A stretch of 53,795 nt of DNA, taken from IMG/VR virus record IMGVR_UViG_3300025093_000026, positions 1 to 53,795 of that record, one strand, 5' to 3'. Each line of letters starts with the position of its first letter. Position 1 is the stretch's first letter. Position numbers and translations under genes: made by a program. This DNA comes from a virus. Its lineage: Duplodnaviria; Caudoviricetes. The notes beneath the pieces are model-generated. The model was not told the DNA's origin. It did not search any database and was given only the letters and a program-made list of their open reading frames with translations. Below are positions 26,857 through 35,641 of the stretch, piece after piece.

Positions 26857-27884
26857 TGAAAAGAGGACAGCTCAGAGCAGTTTCAAGTCGACCGGCATTG
26901 ATCAAGATGATCAACGAAGAAGCCGAAGAAATCATGGAGGAGTCTGTCAACGAAGTTGTACAAGCTGCCATCCAAGAAGCGCTAGCAGAGCAATTGAATT
27001 TAACAGGTAACCTAACACTTCTTGATAATAATAAAATTTATTTTGGTACAGACGGTGATGGCTCTATAGAATATGATGTCGAAGTAGGTCGTAACAACCC
27101 CGAAGGAAATGGATATCTTTTTATATCTGGATCTTCAACAGGATTGAGACTTGGAGGTTCAAAAATAATTTTAGATACCGCAACGGTTTCTAGTGGTGAA
27201 TTAGCGAATACAGGTAGTTTTCTTGGCATAGATTCAAGCGGACAGTTAGTGTTAACTTCCTCATCTCCTATGCAATATGATTCTCTTCCTATTGCCGCTG
27301 GTAACAACATTGCTTTTAATACGGATGAAAATGGAGTTGTTACAATTTCTTACTTACCCGCGCATGCTTCTGATCCGATTCCCGATGATGATTCAGAGGC
27401 AGCTTCAATAGTGACAGGTGGTGCACTTTATTGGAGAGCCGGCTCTGGCTATAGAATGTCGCTTCATAGTACAGGATATCTTGGCGTAGGTATAACTGGA
27501 AGTGCCAATGTGACACACAGAATTACGCTTCCTGATATAGATGGTCCCGCAGGTCAGATTAAAGCAAATGGATTTTTATCTTATTCTACAAAGCGTTTAA
27601 AAAAGGATATTAAACCTCTGCAAAATTCTCTGGAGGTTATTAAAAGTCTTCAAGGTGTATCTTATAATTGGAAACAAAGTGGGCGAAAAGATTATGGCTT
27701 TATCGCTGAAGAGGTAGGCAAGATTCTGCCTGGTATTGTTCAATGGGAAGACAACGGTAAGGACGCTAGTAGTATGGACTATAGCAAGATAATTTCTTTT
27801 TTGGTTGAGGCTGTAAAAGAACAACAGAGCCAAATAGAAACATTAAATCAACGACTTGACTTAGACGACAAAAATAAGTCTTAA
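26856..27884 (+). CDS. fibre protein with C-terminal peptidase S74 intramolecular chaperone
   Basis: YSTKRLKKDIKPL...GVSYNWK...YGFIAEEV...MDYSKIISFLVEAVKEQ; start at ATG 26856 (TAATG coupling, GGAGG RBS). Confidence 0.8.
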   Translation: MKRGQLRAVSSRPALIKMINEEAEEIMEESVNEVVQAAIQEALAEQLNLTGNLTLLDNNKIYFGTDGDGSIEYDVEVGRNNPEGNGYLFISGSSTGLRLGGSKIILDTATVSSGELANTGSFLGIDSSGQLVLTSSSPMQYDSLPIAAGNNIAFNTDENGVVTISYLPAHASDPIPDDDSEAASIVTGGALYWRAGSGYRMSLHSTGYLGVGITGSANVTHRITLPDIDGPAGQIKANGFLSYSTKRLKKDIKPLQNSLEVIKSLQGVSYNWKQSGRKDYGFIAEEVGKILPGIVQWEDNGKDASSMDYSKIISFLVEAVKEQQSQIETLNQRLDLDDKNKS

Positions 27885-27934
27885 AAAAATACATTTAGTC
27901 TAGCGTTTACGGGGCTCATATGAATTCTTATTGG

Positions 27935-27941
27935 CTATTTA
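27935..27941 (+). promoter_or_regulatory. CTAWWTA candidate late promoter
   Basis: CTATTTA upstream of the long fibre gene, followed 12 nt later by a hairpin. Confidence 0.55.
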
Positions 27942-27946
27942 CTGTA

Positions 27947-27989
27947 GCCGGATTGGTGTATCTGCTATAAGCAATATGCCATATTCGAC
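27947..27989 (+). other. 5'-UTR hairpin
   Basis: TGGTGTAT(27954-61)/ATATGCCA(27974-81) stem plus TGC/GCA, extendable imperfectly to 27947/27989. Confidence 0.5.
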
Positions 27990-28030
27990 TCATAACATTT
28001 TATAAATTCAAAAAAGGAGGAAATGTTATT

Positions 28031-31000
28031 ATGGGATTCAGTAAATTAGAACAAGAAGGTCTAGTAATGACCGCAACAGGCAGCATGTCTGTTCCTGCAG
28101 ACGGACAAGGCAATCAAGTCGGTTCCGTTATGTACTACCGTGGTGGCGATATGCGCTTCAAGCTTGACAACTCAGGCGAGCATACCGTTGCAAAGAAATC
28201 AGAGCTTGACGCACTTCAGGCTGACGTTGATCAGAATGAAGCAGATGCTGATGCAGCAATCGCAGCGCTTCAAGCTGATGTCGATCAGAACGAAGCTGAT
28301 GCAGATGCAGCAATCGCTGCTCTACAAGCAGATGTTGATCAGAACGAGGCAGATGCTGACGCAGCAATCGCTGCTCTACAGGCTGATGTCGACCAGAATG
28401 AAGCAGACAGCGATGCAGCAGAAGCTTCACTCACAACACGTGTTGCAGCAGAAGAAGTAGCTCGTGCAGCAGCAATTACTGCACTTCAGGCTGACGTTGA
28501 TCAGAATGAAGCTGACAGTGATGCAGCAGAGGCAAGCCTAACAACTCGCGTTGCAGCTGAGGAAGTAGCTCGTGCAGCTGCTATTACAGCACTTCAGGCT
28601 GACGTTGATCAGAATGAGGCAGATAGCGATGCAGCAGAGGCTTCACTCACAACTCGCGTTGCAGCTGAAGAGTCAGCTCGTGCAACAGCTGATGCATCTG
28701 TCATCACCCTTCTTAAGGGCGACGTCGGTGCTAGCTACGATACTCTTGGCAAACTTGAGGATATGATTCAGGTTGAAGAAGGTCGTATTGACGCAATTCT
28801 CGCATCTGCAGACGCTGACAAGGACACTTTTGTTGAGATCGTTTCCTTAATCAACGCTGTTGATCTTACAAATGATAACGCTCTTGCATCAGCTGTCACA
28901 AGCTTGTCAAACAGCATCAGCGCTGTTCAGTCTGATGTTGATCAGAACGAGTCTGATAGCGATGCAGCAGAGGCTTCACTCTCAACACGTGTTGCAGCAG
29001 AAGAAGTAGCTCGTGCAGCAGGCGACACAGCTCTAAGCAGCTCCCTCGTTTCTGAGGTTAACCGTGCTTCTGCAGCAGAAGCAGGTCTCGCAGCAGACCT
29101 CGCCGCCGAGGTTACAGGTCGCACAGCAGCTGATGCTTCACTAAGCACTCGCGTTGGCATTGAAGAAGCAGCTCGCGCAGCTGCTGACAGCTCATTAAGT
29201 ACTCGCGTTGGTGACGAAGAGTCCGCTCGTGCAGCAGCTGATACTTCACTTACAACTCGCCTTGCAGCAGAAGAGTCTGCACGTGCAGCTGCAATCACAG
29301 CTCTACAGGCAGATGTTGACCAGAATGAAGCAGACGCAGATGCAGCAATTGCCGCACTACAGGCTGACGTTGATCAGAACGAGGCAGATGCTGACGCAGC
29401 AATTGCAGCACTTCAGGCAGATGTCGACCAGAACGAGGCAGACAGTGACGCAGCTGAGGCTAGCTTGACAACTCGTGTTGCAGCAGAAGAGTCTGCACGT
29501 GCAGCAGCAATTACTGCACTACAGGCTGACGTTGACCAGAACGAGGTAGATAGCGATGCAGCAGAGGCTAGCTTGACAACTCGTGTTGCAGCAGAAGAGT
29601 CCGCTCGTGCAGCTGCAATCACCGCACTTCAGGCAGATGTTGACCAGAATGAGGCAGACGCAGACGCAGCAATCGCCGCACTCCAAGCTGATGTTGATCA
29701 GAACGAGGCAGACAGCGATGCAGCAGAAGCTTCACTCACAACAAGAGTTGCAGCTGAGGAATCAGCACGTGCAGCCGGTGACAGTGCTCTAAGCAGCTCC
29801 TTGGCTTCCGAGGTCAGCCGCGCAGCAGCAGCAGAAGCATCTATTGCAACAGACTTAGGTAACGAAGTTACCGGTCGTATTGCAGCAGATACCTCACTAA
29901 GCACTCGTATCGGTGTTGAAGAGTCCGCTCGCTCAACAGCTGATGCTTCACTCACAACTCGTATTGCAGCCGAGGAATCAGCTCGTGCAGCAGCAATCAC
30001 AGCCCTACAGGCTGACGTTGATCAGAACGAAGCTGATGCAGATGCAGCAATCGCAGCACTTCAGGCTGACGTTGATCAGAATGAGGCAGACAGTGATGCA
30101 GCAGAAGCAAGCTTAACAACAAGAGTTGCAGCTGAAGAATCAGCACGCGCAACAGCTGATGCATCTGTCATTACTCTTCTTAAGGGTGATGCAGGTGGTA
30201 GCTATGACACCCTCGGCAAACTTGAAGACATGATTCAAGTTGAGGAAGGTCGTATTGATGCAATTCTTGCATCCGCTGACGCCGACAAAGATACTTTTGT
30301 CGAGATCGTTTCATTGATTAATGCAGTTGATCTTACAAATGATAACGCTCTTGCATCAGCTGTCACAAGCTTATCAAATAGCATTAGTGCAGTTCAGTCT
30401 GACGTTGATCAGAATGAGTCTGACAGTGATGCAGCAGAGGCAAGCTTGACAACCCGCGTTGCAGCAGAAGAGGCAGCACGTGCAGCCGGTGACACTGCTC
30501 TAAGCAGCTCCTTGGTTTCTGAGGTTAACCGCGCAGCAGCAGCCGAGCTATCTCTCGCAGCAGATCTCGCTTCTGAGATTGCAGGTCGCACAGCAGCTGA
30601 TACTTCACTAAGCACTCGCATAGGTGTCGAAGAGGCAGCTCGCGCAGCAGCTGATACAAGCTTGGCATCAAGCATCTCTTCAGAGGAAGCAGCTCGTATT
30701 GCAGGCGACAACAGCTTGACAACTGCCATGGCAGCTCTTCAGGCTGACGTTGACCAGAATGAGGTTGACAGTGACGCAGCAGAAGCAAGCTTGACAACAA
30801 GACTTGCAGCAGAAGAGGCAGCTCGCGCAGCAGCAATCACTGCACTTCAGGCTGATGTTGATCAGAACGAGGCAGATGCAGACGCATCACTTGCACTCAA
30901 GGCAAATCTTGCTGGAGGTAATAACTTCACAGGTGTACAGGATTTTGCTGATGCTGTTTCTATGCACGCTAACCTCACATTAGATGATGGCTTGGTAGTT

Positions 31001-31303
31001 AAGGCTGGCGAGTTCCTCACCTATTCTGAGCGTTCATTGAAGACCAACATTGCTCCAGTTAACGATGCACTAGGCATGGTTCAGAAGATGCAGGGTGTCT
31101 CCTACGATCTTAAGTCAACTGGTAAGTCTGAGATTGGCTTCATCGCTGATGATATGGCTAATGTTGCTCCAGAGGTTTGTGGTTTCCACGCCAACGGTAA
31201 AGCAGCTGGTATCAACTACGGTCGCTTGACTTCAATTCTTGTTGAGGCTGTCAAGGCTCAGCAGGCACAGATTGAAGAACTCAAAGATCTGTTGAAAAAA
31301 TAA
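28031..31303 (+). CDS. very long repetitive coiled-coil fibre with C-terminal S74 chaperone
   Basis: 18-aa (ALQADVDQNEADADAAIA) and 36-aa repeats; YSERSLKTNI...IGFIAD...INYGRLTSILVEAVK S74 domain; AAGGAGG RBS. Confidence 0.85.
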   Translation: MGFSKLEQEGLVMTATGSMSVPADGQGNQVGSVMYYRGGDMRFKLDNSGEHTVAKKSELDALQADVDQNEADADAAIAALQADVDQNEADADAAIAALQADVDQNEADADAAIAALQADVDQNEADSDAAEASLTTRVAAEEVARAAAITALQADVDQNEADSDAAEASLTTRVAAEEVARAAAITALQADVDQNEADSDAAEASLTTRVAAEESARATADASVITLLKGDVGASYDTLGKLEDMIQVEEGRIDAILASADADKDTFVEIVSLINAVDLTNDNALASAVTSLSNSISAVQSDVDQNESDSDAAEASLSTRVAAEEVARAAGDTALSSSLVSEVNRASAAEAGLAADLAAEVTGRTAADASLSTRVGIEEAARAAADSSLSTRVGDEESARAAADTSLTTRLAAEESARAAAITALQADVDQNEADADAAIAALQADVDQNEADADAAIAALQADVDQNEADSDAAEASLTTRVAAEESARAAAITALQADVDQNEVDSDAAEASLTTRVAAEESARAAAITALQADVDQNEADADAAIAALQADVDQNEADSDAAEASLTTRVAAEESARAAGDSALSSSLASEVSRAAAAEASIATDLGNEVTGRIAADTSLSTRIGVEESARSTADASLTTRIAAEESARAAAITALQADVDQNEADADAAIAALQADVDQNEADSDAAEASLTTRVAAEESARATADASVITLLKGDAGGSYDTLGKLEDMIQVEEGRIDAILASADADKDTFVEIVSLINAVDLTNDNALASAVTSLSNSISAVQSDVDQNESDSDAAEASLTTRVAAEEAARAAGDTALSSSLVSEVNRAAAAELSLAADLASEIAGRTAADTSLSTRIGVEEAARAAADTSLASSISSEEAARIAGDNSLTTAMAALQADVDQNEVDSDAAEASLTTRLAAEEAARAAAITALQADVDQNEADADASLALKANLAGGNNFTGVQDFADAVSMHANLTLDDGLVVKAGEFLTYSERSLKTNIAPVNDALGMVQKMQGVSYDLKSTGKSEIGFIADDMANVAPEVCGFHANGKAAGINYGRLTSILVEAVKAQQAQIEELKDLLKK
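28200..30900 (+). repeat. coding tandem repeats (54/108-nt units) plus a larger block duplicated at 1467-nt offset
   Basis: Repeated GCACTTCAGGCTGACGTTGATCAGAA-type units with many synonymous differences; the ATADASVITLLKGD block starts at 28682 and again at 30149. Confidence 0.9.
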
Positions 31304-31387
31304 GCAATTTTTAATTGCTAACTCGGTTAGTTTTTATTAGTCGAGTAGGTCCCGCCTGGGTTAGCCTGGGCGGGACCTTGCTTTATT
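31303..31387 (+). terminator. three tandem hairpins ending in a GC-rich terminator-like stem
   Basis: AGCAATT/AATTGCT (31303-19), ACTCGGTTAG/TTAGTCGAGT (31321-46), AGGTCCCGCCTGGG-TTAG-CCTGGGCGGGACCT (31347-78), then TGCTTTATT. Confidence 0.7.
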
Positions 31388-31428
31388 CAAAATTATATTA
31401 GTTCAAAAACAATTAAGGAGGGTTTAAA

Positions 31429-32511
31429 GTGGCTAATTCTGATTTAACAAGATACAAAAAATACGTAGATTTTGAAGATATTTCTGCGTTACCAGCACCA
31501 ACAAATGATGGTGCCTTATATTATGCTAGCAATACATTTAGATTAAATAATAAAATATCTGTCACAGGTGCAATTTCTGGCTCTGCTCTTTCATCATCTG
31601 GTGAAGTACGTGTTGGAGGCGATATGGTTGTCCAAGATGCTATTACGACCAATGGTCAGTATGCACATATTTCTGCCCAAGGCGCGAATGGTCAAATTTA
31701 TACTATGGGTCAATATGGAAGAATCCGCACTTATGGTTCCGATGCTTATATTAGGACTACTGGTCAAAATGCTAGCATCTATACAGCAGGCTCTGATGCA
31801 AACATCTATACACAAGGCTCAAATGCCAAGATTTACACATCAGGCTCTGATGCCTGGATCGAAACTCATGGCTATGAAGCCGAGATTAGAACTAATGGTC
31901 AGTATGCACATATTTCTGCCCAAGGCGCGAATGGTCAAATTTATACTATGGGTCAATATGGAAGAATCCGCACTTATGGTTCCGATGCTTATATTAGGAC
32001 TACTGGTCAAAATGCTAGCATCTATACAGCAGGCTCTGATGCAAGCATCTATACACAAGGCTCAAATGCTTATATTTCATCATCTCACGATATCTATGCC
32101 AAAGATGATATTGAGGTCGGAGGCGCCATCTCGGTAGGCAAAAATGCTGCTCCGGATAATGGATATGCAATCGACGTTGCCACAGGAGCTGGTTCAGTTC
32201 GTGCAGATGAGTTCGTTACTTATTCTGATCGTGCACTTAAGACAAATATCCAGAAAATGAATAATTGCCTTGAGAAGGTTATGAAGCTTGAGCCAACTAC
32301 CTATGACAAAGTTGCAACAGGTAAAAGTGAGATTGGCTTCATTGCTCAGGATGTTGCGAAGATTGTTCCAGAGATCTGTGCTCTTGATACCAATGGCGAA
32401 GGTCGTGGTATTGATTATTCCAGGATGTCAACTTTGCTTGTTGGCGCACTCAAAGCTCAACAAGAACAAATTGAACAGCTCAAAGAGATTATTAATAAAT
32501 TACAAAAATAA
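31429..32511 (+). CDS. fibre protein with 16 x 9-aa IxTxGxxAx repeats and C-terminal S74 chaperone
   Basis: GTG start with AAGGAGGG RBS; YSDRALKTNI...IGFIAQDV...IDYSRMSTLLVGALK. Confidence 0.82.
   Translation: MANSDLTRYKKYVDFEDISALPAPTNDGALYYASNTFRLNNKISVTGAISGSALSSSGEVRVGGDMVVQDAITTNGQYAHISAQGANGQIYTMGQYGRIRTYGSDAYIRTTGQNASIYTAGSDANIYTQGSNAKIYTSGSDAWIETHGYEAEIRTNGQYAHISAQGANGQIYTMGQYGRIRTYGSDAYIRTTGQNASIYTAGSDASIYTQGSNAYISSSHDIYAKDDIEVGGAISVGKNAAPDNGYAIDVATGAGSVRADEFVTYSDRALKTNIQKMNNCLEKVMKLEPTTYDKVATGKSEIGFIAQDVAKIVPEICALDTNGEGRGIDYSRMSTLLVGALKAQQEQIEQLKEIINKLQK
31651..32069 (+). repeat. 176-bp direct repeat, 1 mismatch (31651-31826 vs 31894-32069)
   Basis: Direct comparison; offset 243 nt = 9 nonapeptide units; single A/G difference at 31802/32045. 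Confidence 0.92.
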
Positions 32512-32534
32512 TTTTATTTAATTAGTGCTAAAAT

Positions 32535-32570
32535 AACCCCGGCTATAGTCTAGCCGGGGTTTCTATTTAT
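32535..32570 (+). terminator. intrinsic terminator overlapping a CTATTTA motif
   Basis: AACCCCGGCTA-TAGTC-TAGCCGGGGTT then TCTATTTAT; CTATTTA at 32563-69 starts 13 nt before the next ATG. Confidence 0.8.
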
Positions 32571-32575
32571 AACGT

Positions 32576-33154
32576 ATGTCAAAGAAACGAAAATTCAGAA
32601 AACTTGCTCTCAAAACAGAAGTTGTTGCTATTGAAGCTGAAGAGGTAGAAGAGCAAGATAGTCAGTATAGTATTGAGTTTAATAAAGATTTTAGACTAGA
32701 GATGGCTTTTCTATCTGATAAAAAGTCTAAAGATGCAGAAGAAGATGAAGGAGAAGATAAGCCATTAGAAGTTTCGAATGAATTCTTAAAGAAGCTTCAT
32801 CGTGAGCTAGCAAGAATCTTACATCCAGACCTTAATCCAAATTCAGATGATGATGATTTTAAAAAAATGCAGAGTGCATATGAACAAGGCGATGGCGCCA
32901 CTTTGATTGCTATGGCTGTAAAATACGATATAGAATTTGATTTGGATGATGAGAGTTTGCAAATTATCGAGGAACAAATAGAAGAAAAACAAAAGAACCT
33001 TGAAGATAAAAAAGAAACGTGTCGCTGGGTTTGGGGATCTTCAGACAAAAATGATAATCTAAGGTCACGTATTATAGAAACTATGGGCATTGATCAAGAT
33101 GAGTTCAGTGAATGGCTGGAGAAAAATAAACTAAATGATATTAACAAAAAATAA
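32576..33154 (+). CDS. J-domain (DnaJ-like) protein
   Basis: LKKLHRELARILHPDLNP...FKKMQSAYE = J-domain helices II-III with HPD. Confidence 0.8.
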   Translation: MSKKRKFRKLALKTEVVAIEAEEVEEQDSQYSIEFNKDFRLEMAFLSDKKSKDAEEDEGEDKPLEVSNEFLKKLHRELARILHPDLNPNSDDDDFKKMQSAYEQGDGATLIAMAVKYDIEFDLDDESLQIIEEQIEEKQKNLEDKKETCRWVWGSSDKNDNLRSRIIETMGIDQDEFSEWLEKNKLNDINKK

Positions 33155-33169
33155 TCAATAGGATAAAAT

Positions 33170-33559
33170 ATGTCAATGGATAAAGACTGGGATCACATAG
33201 CAAGAATTGAGAAAGCCATCAATCAAAAATATGGCGAAGAAGCAATTGTAAATCCAAGCTCGGGATGGACCGAGGAAAAAGAAAAGGAATATCTTGAGCA
33301 ATTAAAAGATATGAACGATAAACAAGCCTCACTAGACGAGCAACAAGAGAAGGTTGAGGCTGATGGGTTTTTAATTAATAAAAAACTACTTACTAGAGAA
33401 ACTACAATTTTTAATTGTCCAGTTTGTACAAAAAGATTAAGAACAGTCAAAGATGATATATATAATAGTAAATTTGATTGTTGCCATAAATGCTACATAA
33501 AATATGTTGAAGACAGAGAAGAACGCTGGCTGAATGGCTGGAGACCAGGAGATAAATAA
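33170..33559 (+). CDS. hypothetical protein with CxxC...CxxC zinc finger
   Basis: CPVC and CCHKC motifs; two genes upstream of the large terminase. Confidence 0.6.
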   Translation: MSMDKDWDHIARIEKAINQKYGEEAIVNPSSGWTEEKEKEYLEQLKDMNDKQASLDEQQEKVEADGFLINKKLLTRETTIFNCPVCTKRLRTVKDDIYNSKFDCCHKCYIKYVEDREERWLNGWRPGDK

Positions 33560-34057
33560 ATGTCACAGAAAGATTTAGATGTTGTAAGAGGAATTATGCA
33601 GGCAGCTGCTGATTCATATGATGGTGCCCTTGATGAGAAAGGTGAGCCAGTTAAGATTGGTCTCAAAAGAGACGAAGGTCACCCTGTTCTAGATACTAGA
33701 GTTATGGATGGATTTAAGTGCCAAGTAGATGGCGCCAAACTAATCGTTAAGTACCAGTCAGATATTCTCTTGAAAGATGTTTACAGCGGTAATCTAGAAA
33801 GTGATCTCGAACAAACATTCGCAGATATCGTAAAACATCTAAAAAAGCAATATAAGAAAATTACTGGTAATGCTTTGAGATTAAAAGCAGAAGGTGAGTG
33901 TGAGGCTCTAGTTCAATCAACAAGCCGTGTTAGAGTTTTTGTTCTAGCAACCAAGGTTTATAATATTGAAAATCTAAAAGAAGTAGAAAATAGACTTCAG
34001 CCTAGTGAAGACGGCTTAGATAAGAGCTTTAAAAAATTCTTGATGCAGAAAGGCTAA
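33560..34057 (+). CDS. hypothetical protein
   Basis: Coupled ORF with GGAG RBS, directly upstream of the terminase. Confidence 0.6.
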   Translation: MSQKDLDVVRGIMQAAADSYDGALDEKGEPVKIGLKRDEGHPVLDTRVMDGFKCQVDGAKLIVKYQSDILLKDVYSGNLESDLEQTFADIVKHLKKQYKKITGNALRLKAEGECEALVQSTSRVRVFVLATKVYNIENLKEVENRLQPSEDGLDKSFKKFLMQKG

Positions 34058-34058
34058 G

Positions 34059-35633
34059 ATGTCGTTCCAACTCTCCAGGGACCAGATTTTAAAAGAAATT
34101 GTAAAGTCTGGTAAAGATCCAATTTATTTTATTAACAACTATGCAAGGATTTCTCATCCACAGCATGGTCTGATTCCCTTTAACACATATCCATTTCAGA
34201 CGGAACTACTTCAAGATTTTAACGATCACCGTTTCAATGTTATTTTAAAAGCTCGCCAGCTTGGTATCTCAACAATTACAGCAGCTTATGTTGCCTGGAT
34301 GATGCTTTTCCACAAGGAAAAGAATGTTCTTGTTATTGCCACACAGTTCAAGACTGCATCAAACTTGGTCAAAAAAGTAAAGGCAATACATAAGAATTTA
34401 CCACAATGGCTCAAGATTGCCGAGATCTCAATTGACAACAGAACTTCATTTGAGTTAACTAATGGCTCGCAGATCAAAGCAACTTCAACTTCTGCTGACG
34501 CTGGTCGTTCTGAAGCTCTTTCTCTGCTTGTGATTGACGAGGCTGCCCACATTGATGGTCTAGGAGAACTATGGACAGGTTTGTATCCAACACTATCAAC
34601 TGGTGGGCGCTGTATTGCTCTCTCAACTCCAAATGGCGTTGGTAACTGGTTTCACCAAACTTGCATTGATGCCGAGCAAGAAAACAATGACTTTTTCCTT
34701 ACAACTCTTAAATGGGATGTACATCCGGACAGAGACGAAGAATGGTTTCAGAAAGAAACCAAGAATATGTCCAGAAGACAAATCGCACAGGAGCTTGAAT
34801 GTAACTTCAATATGTCTGGCGAAACTGTCTTCCACGCAGATGATATGAAGATTATTGAAGAGGGCCTAAAAGAGCCAAAATATAAAACTGGTTTTGATCG
34901 CAATTTTTGGATTTGGGAAGAATACCAACCAGGATCAACATATCTTTTATCGGCTGACGTAGCCCGTGGTGACGGAAAAGACTATTCTACGTTTCATATT
35001 TTTAAGATTGAAACAATGGAGATTGTTGCAGAATACCAAGGAAAAGCTACACCAGATATATTTGCCAATATGCTAAATGAAACTGGAAAAGAATATGGTA
35101 ACTGTATGGTTGCTGTAGAGAATAATACAGTCGGATGGACTGTCCTAGATAAATTGCTTGATTTTGGATATCCAAATATCTATTACGCATATAAATCAAA
35201 TCATGAATATGTTGATCCTGTCTTGGGAGAACAAAAAAGCAATGCTGTTATGGGCTTCTCGATGACTTCTAAGACACGTCCACTAGTTATTGCTAAATTA
35301 GAAGAATTCATTAGAAATAAACTAGTTACGATATATTCAAGAAGAATTTTTAATGAAATGAAAACATTTGTTTGGCAGAGCGGCCGGCCCCAAGCTATGC
35401 GAGGCTATAACGATGATCTCGTTATGGCATTTGCGATCGGGTGCTGGGTTAAAGATGCTGCTTTTGAGGTAAATCAGAGAGACATAGAATATAGAAAAGC
35501 TTTCTTAAATTGTATGAAAAAAAATGATACGATTATTAATACTTCAATTCCGGGACAGCCTGGATATAAACACATTAGAAAAACAGATAAAAAAAGAGCG
35601 CATCTAAATAATATTTGGTTACTCAAGGGATAA
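34059..35633 (+). CDS. terL: terminase large subunit (T4 gp17-like)
   Basis: YPFQ Q-motif, KARQLGIST Walker A region, LLVIDEAAH Walker B, STPNG coupling motif, DVARGDGKDYS and NDDLVMA nuclease motifs. Confidence 0.93.
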   Translation: MSFQLSRDQILKEIVKSGKDPIYFINNYARISHPQHGLIPFNTYPFQTELLQDFNDHRFNVILKARQLGISTITAAYVAWMMLFHKEKNVLVIATQFKTASNLVKKVKAIHKNLPQWLKIAEISIDNRTSFELTNGSQIKATSTSADAGRSEALSLLVIDEAAHIDGLGELWTGLYPTLSTGGRCIALSTPNGVGNWFHQTCIDAEQENNDFFLTTLKWDVHPDRDEEWFQKETKNMSRRQIAQELECNFNMSGETVFHADDMKIIEEGLKEPKYKTGFDRNFWIWEEYQPGSTYLLSADVARGDGKDYSTFHIFKIETMEIVAEYQGKATPDIFANMLNETGKEYGNCMVAVENNTVGWTVLDKLLDFGYPNIYYAYKSNHEYVDPVLGEQKSNAVMGFSMTSKTRPLVIAKLEEFIRNKLVTIYSRRIFNEMKTFVWQSGRPQAMRGYNDDLVMAFAIGCWVKDAAFEVNQRDIEYRKAFLNCMKKNDTIINTSIPGQPGYKHIRKTDKKRAHLNNIWLLKG

Positions 35634-35641
35634 ATAATTAA

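Noticed and set aside
28200-30900. Regular DNA repeats resembling a CRISPR array
   Set aside because: Units are in-frame multiples of 54 nt, vary at synonymous positions, have no unique spacers, and there are no cas genes.
31651-32069. Near-identical repeat pair as a DGR template/variable region
   Set aside because: Both copies are in-frame within one gene, differ at only one base, and there is no reverse transcriptase in the window.
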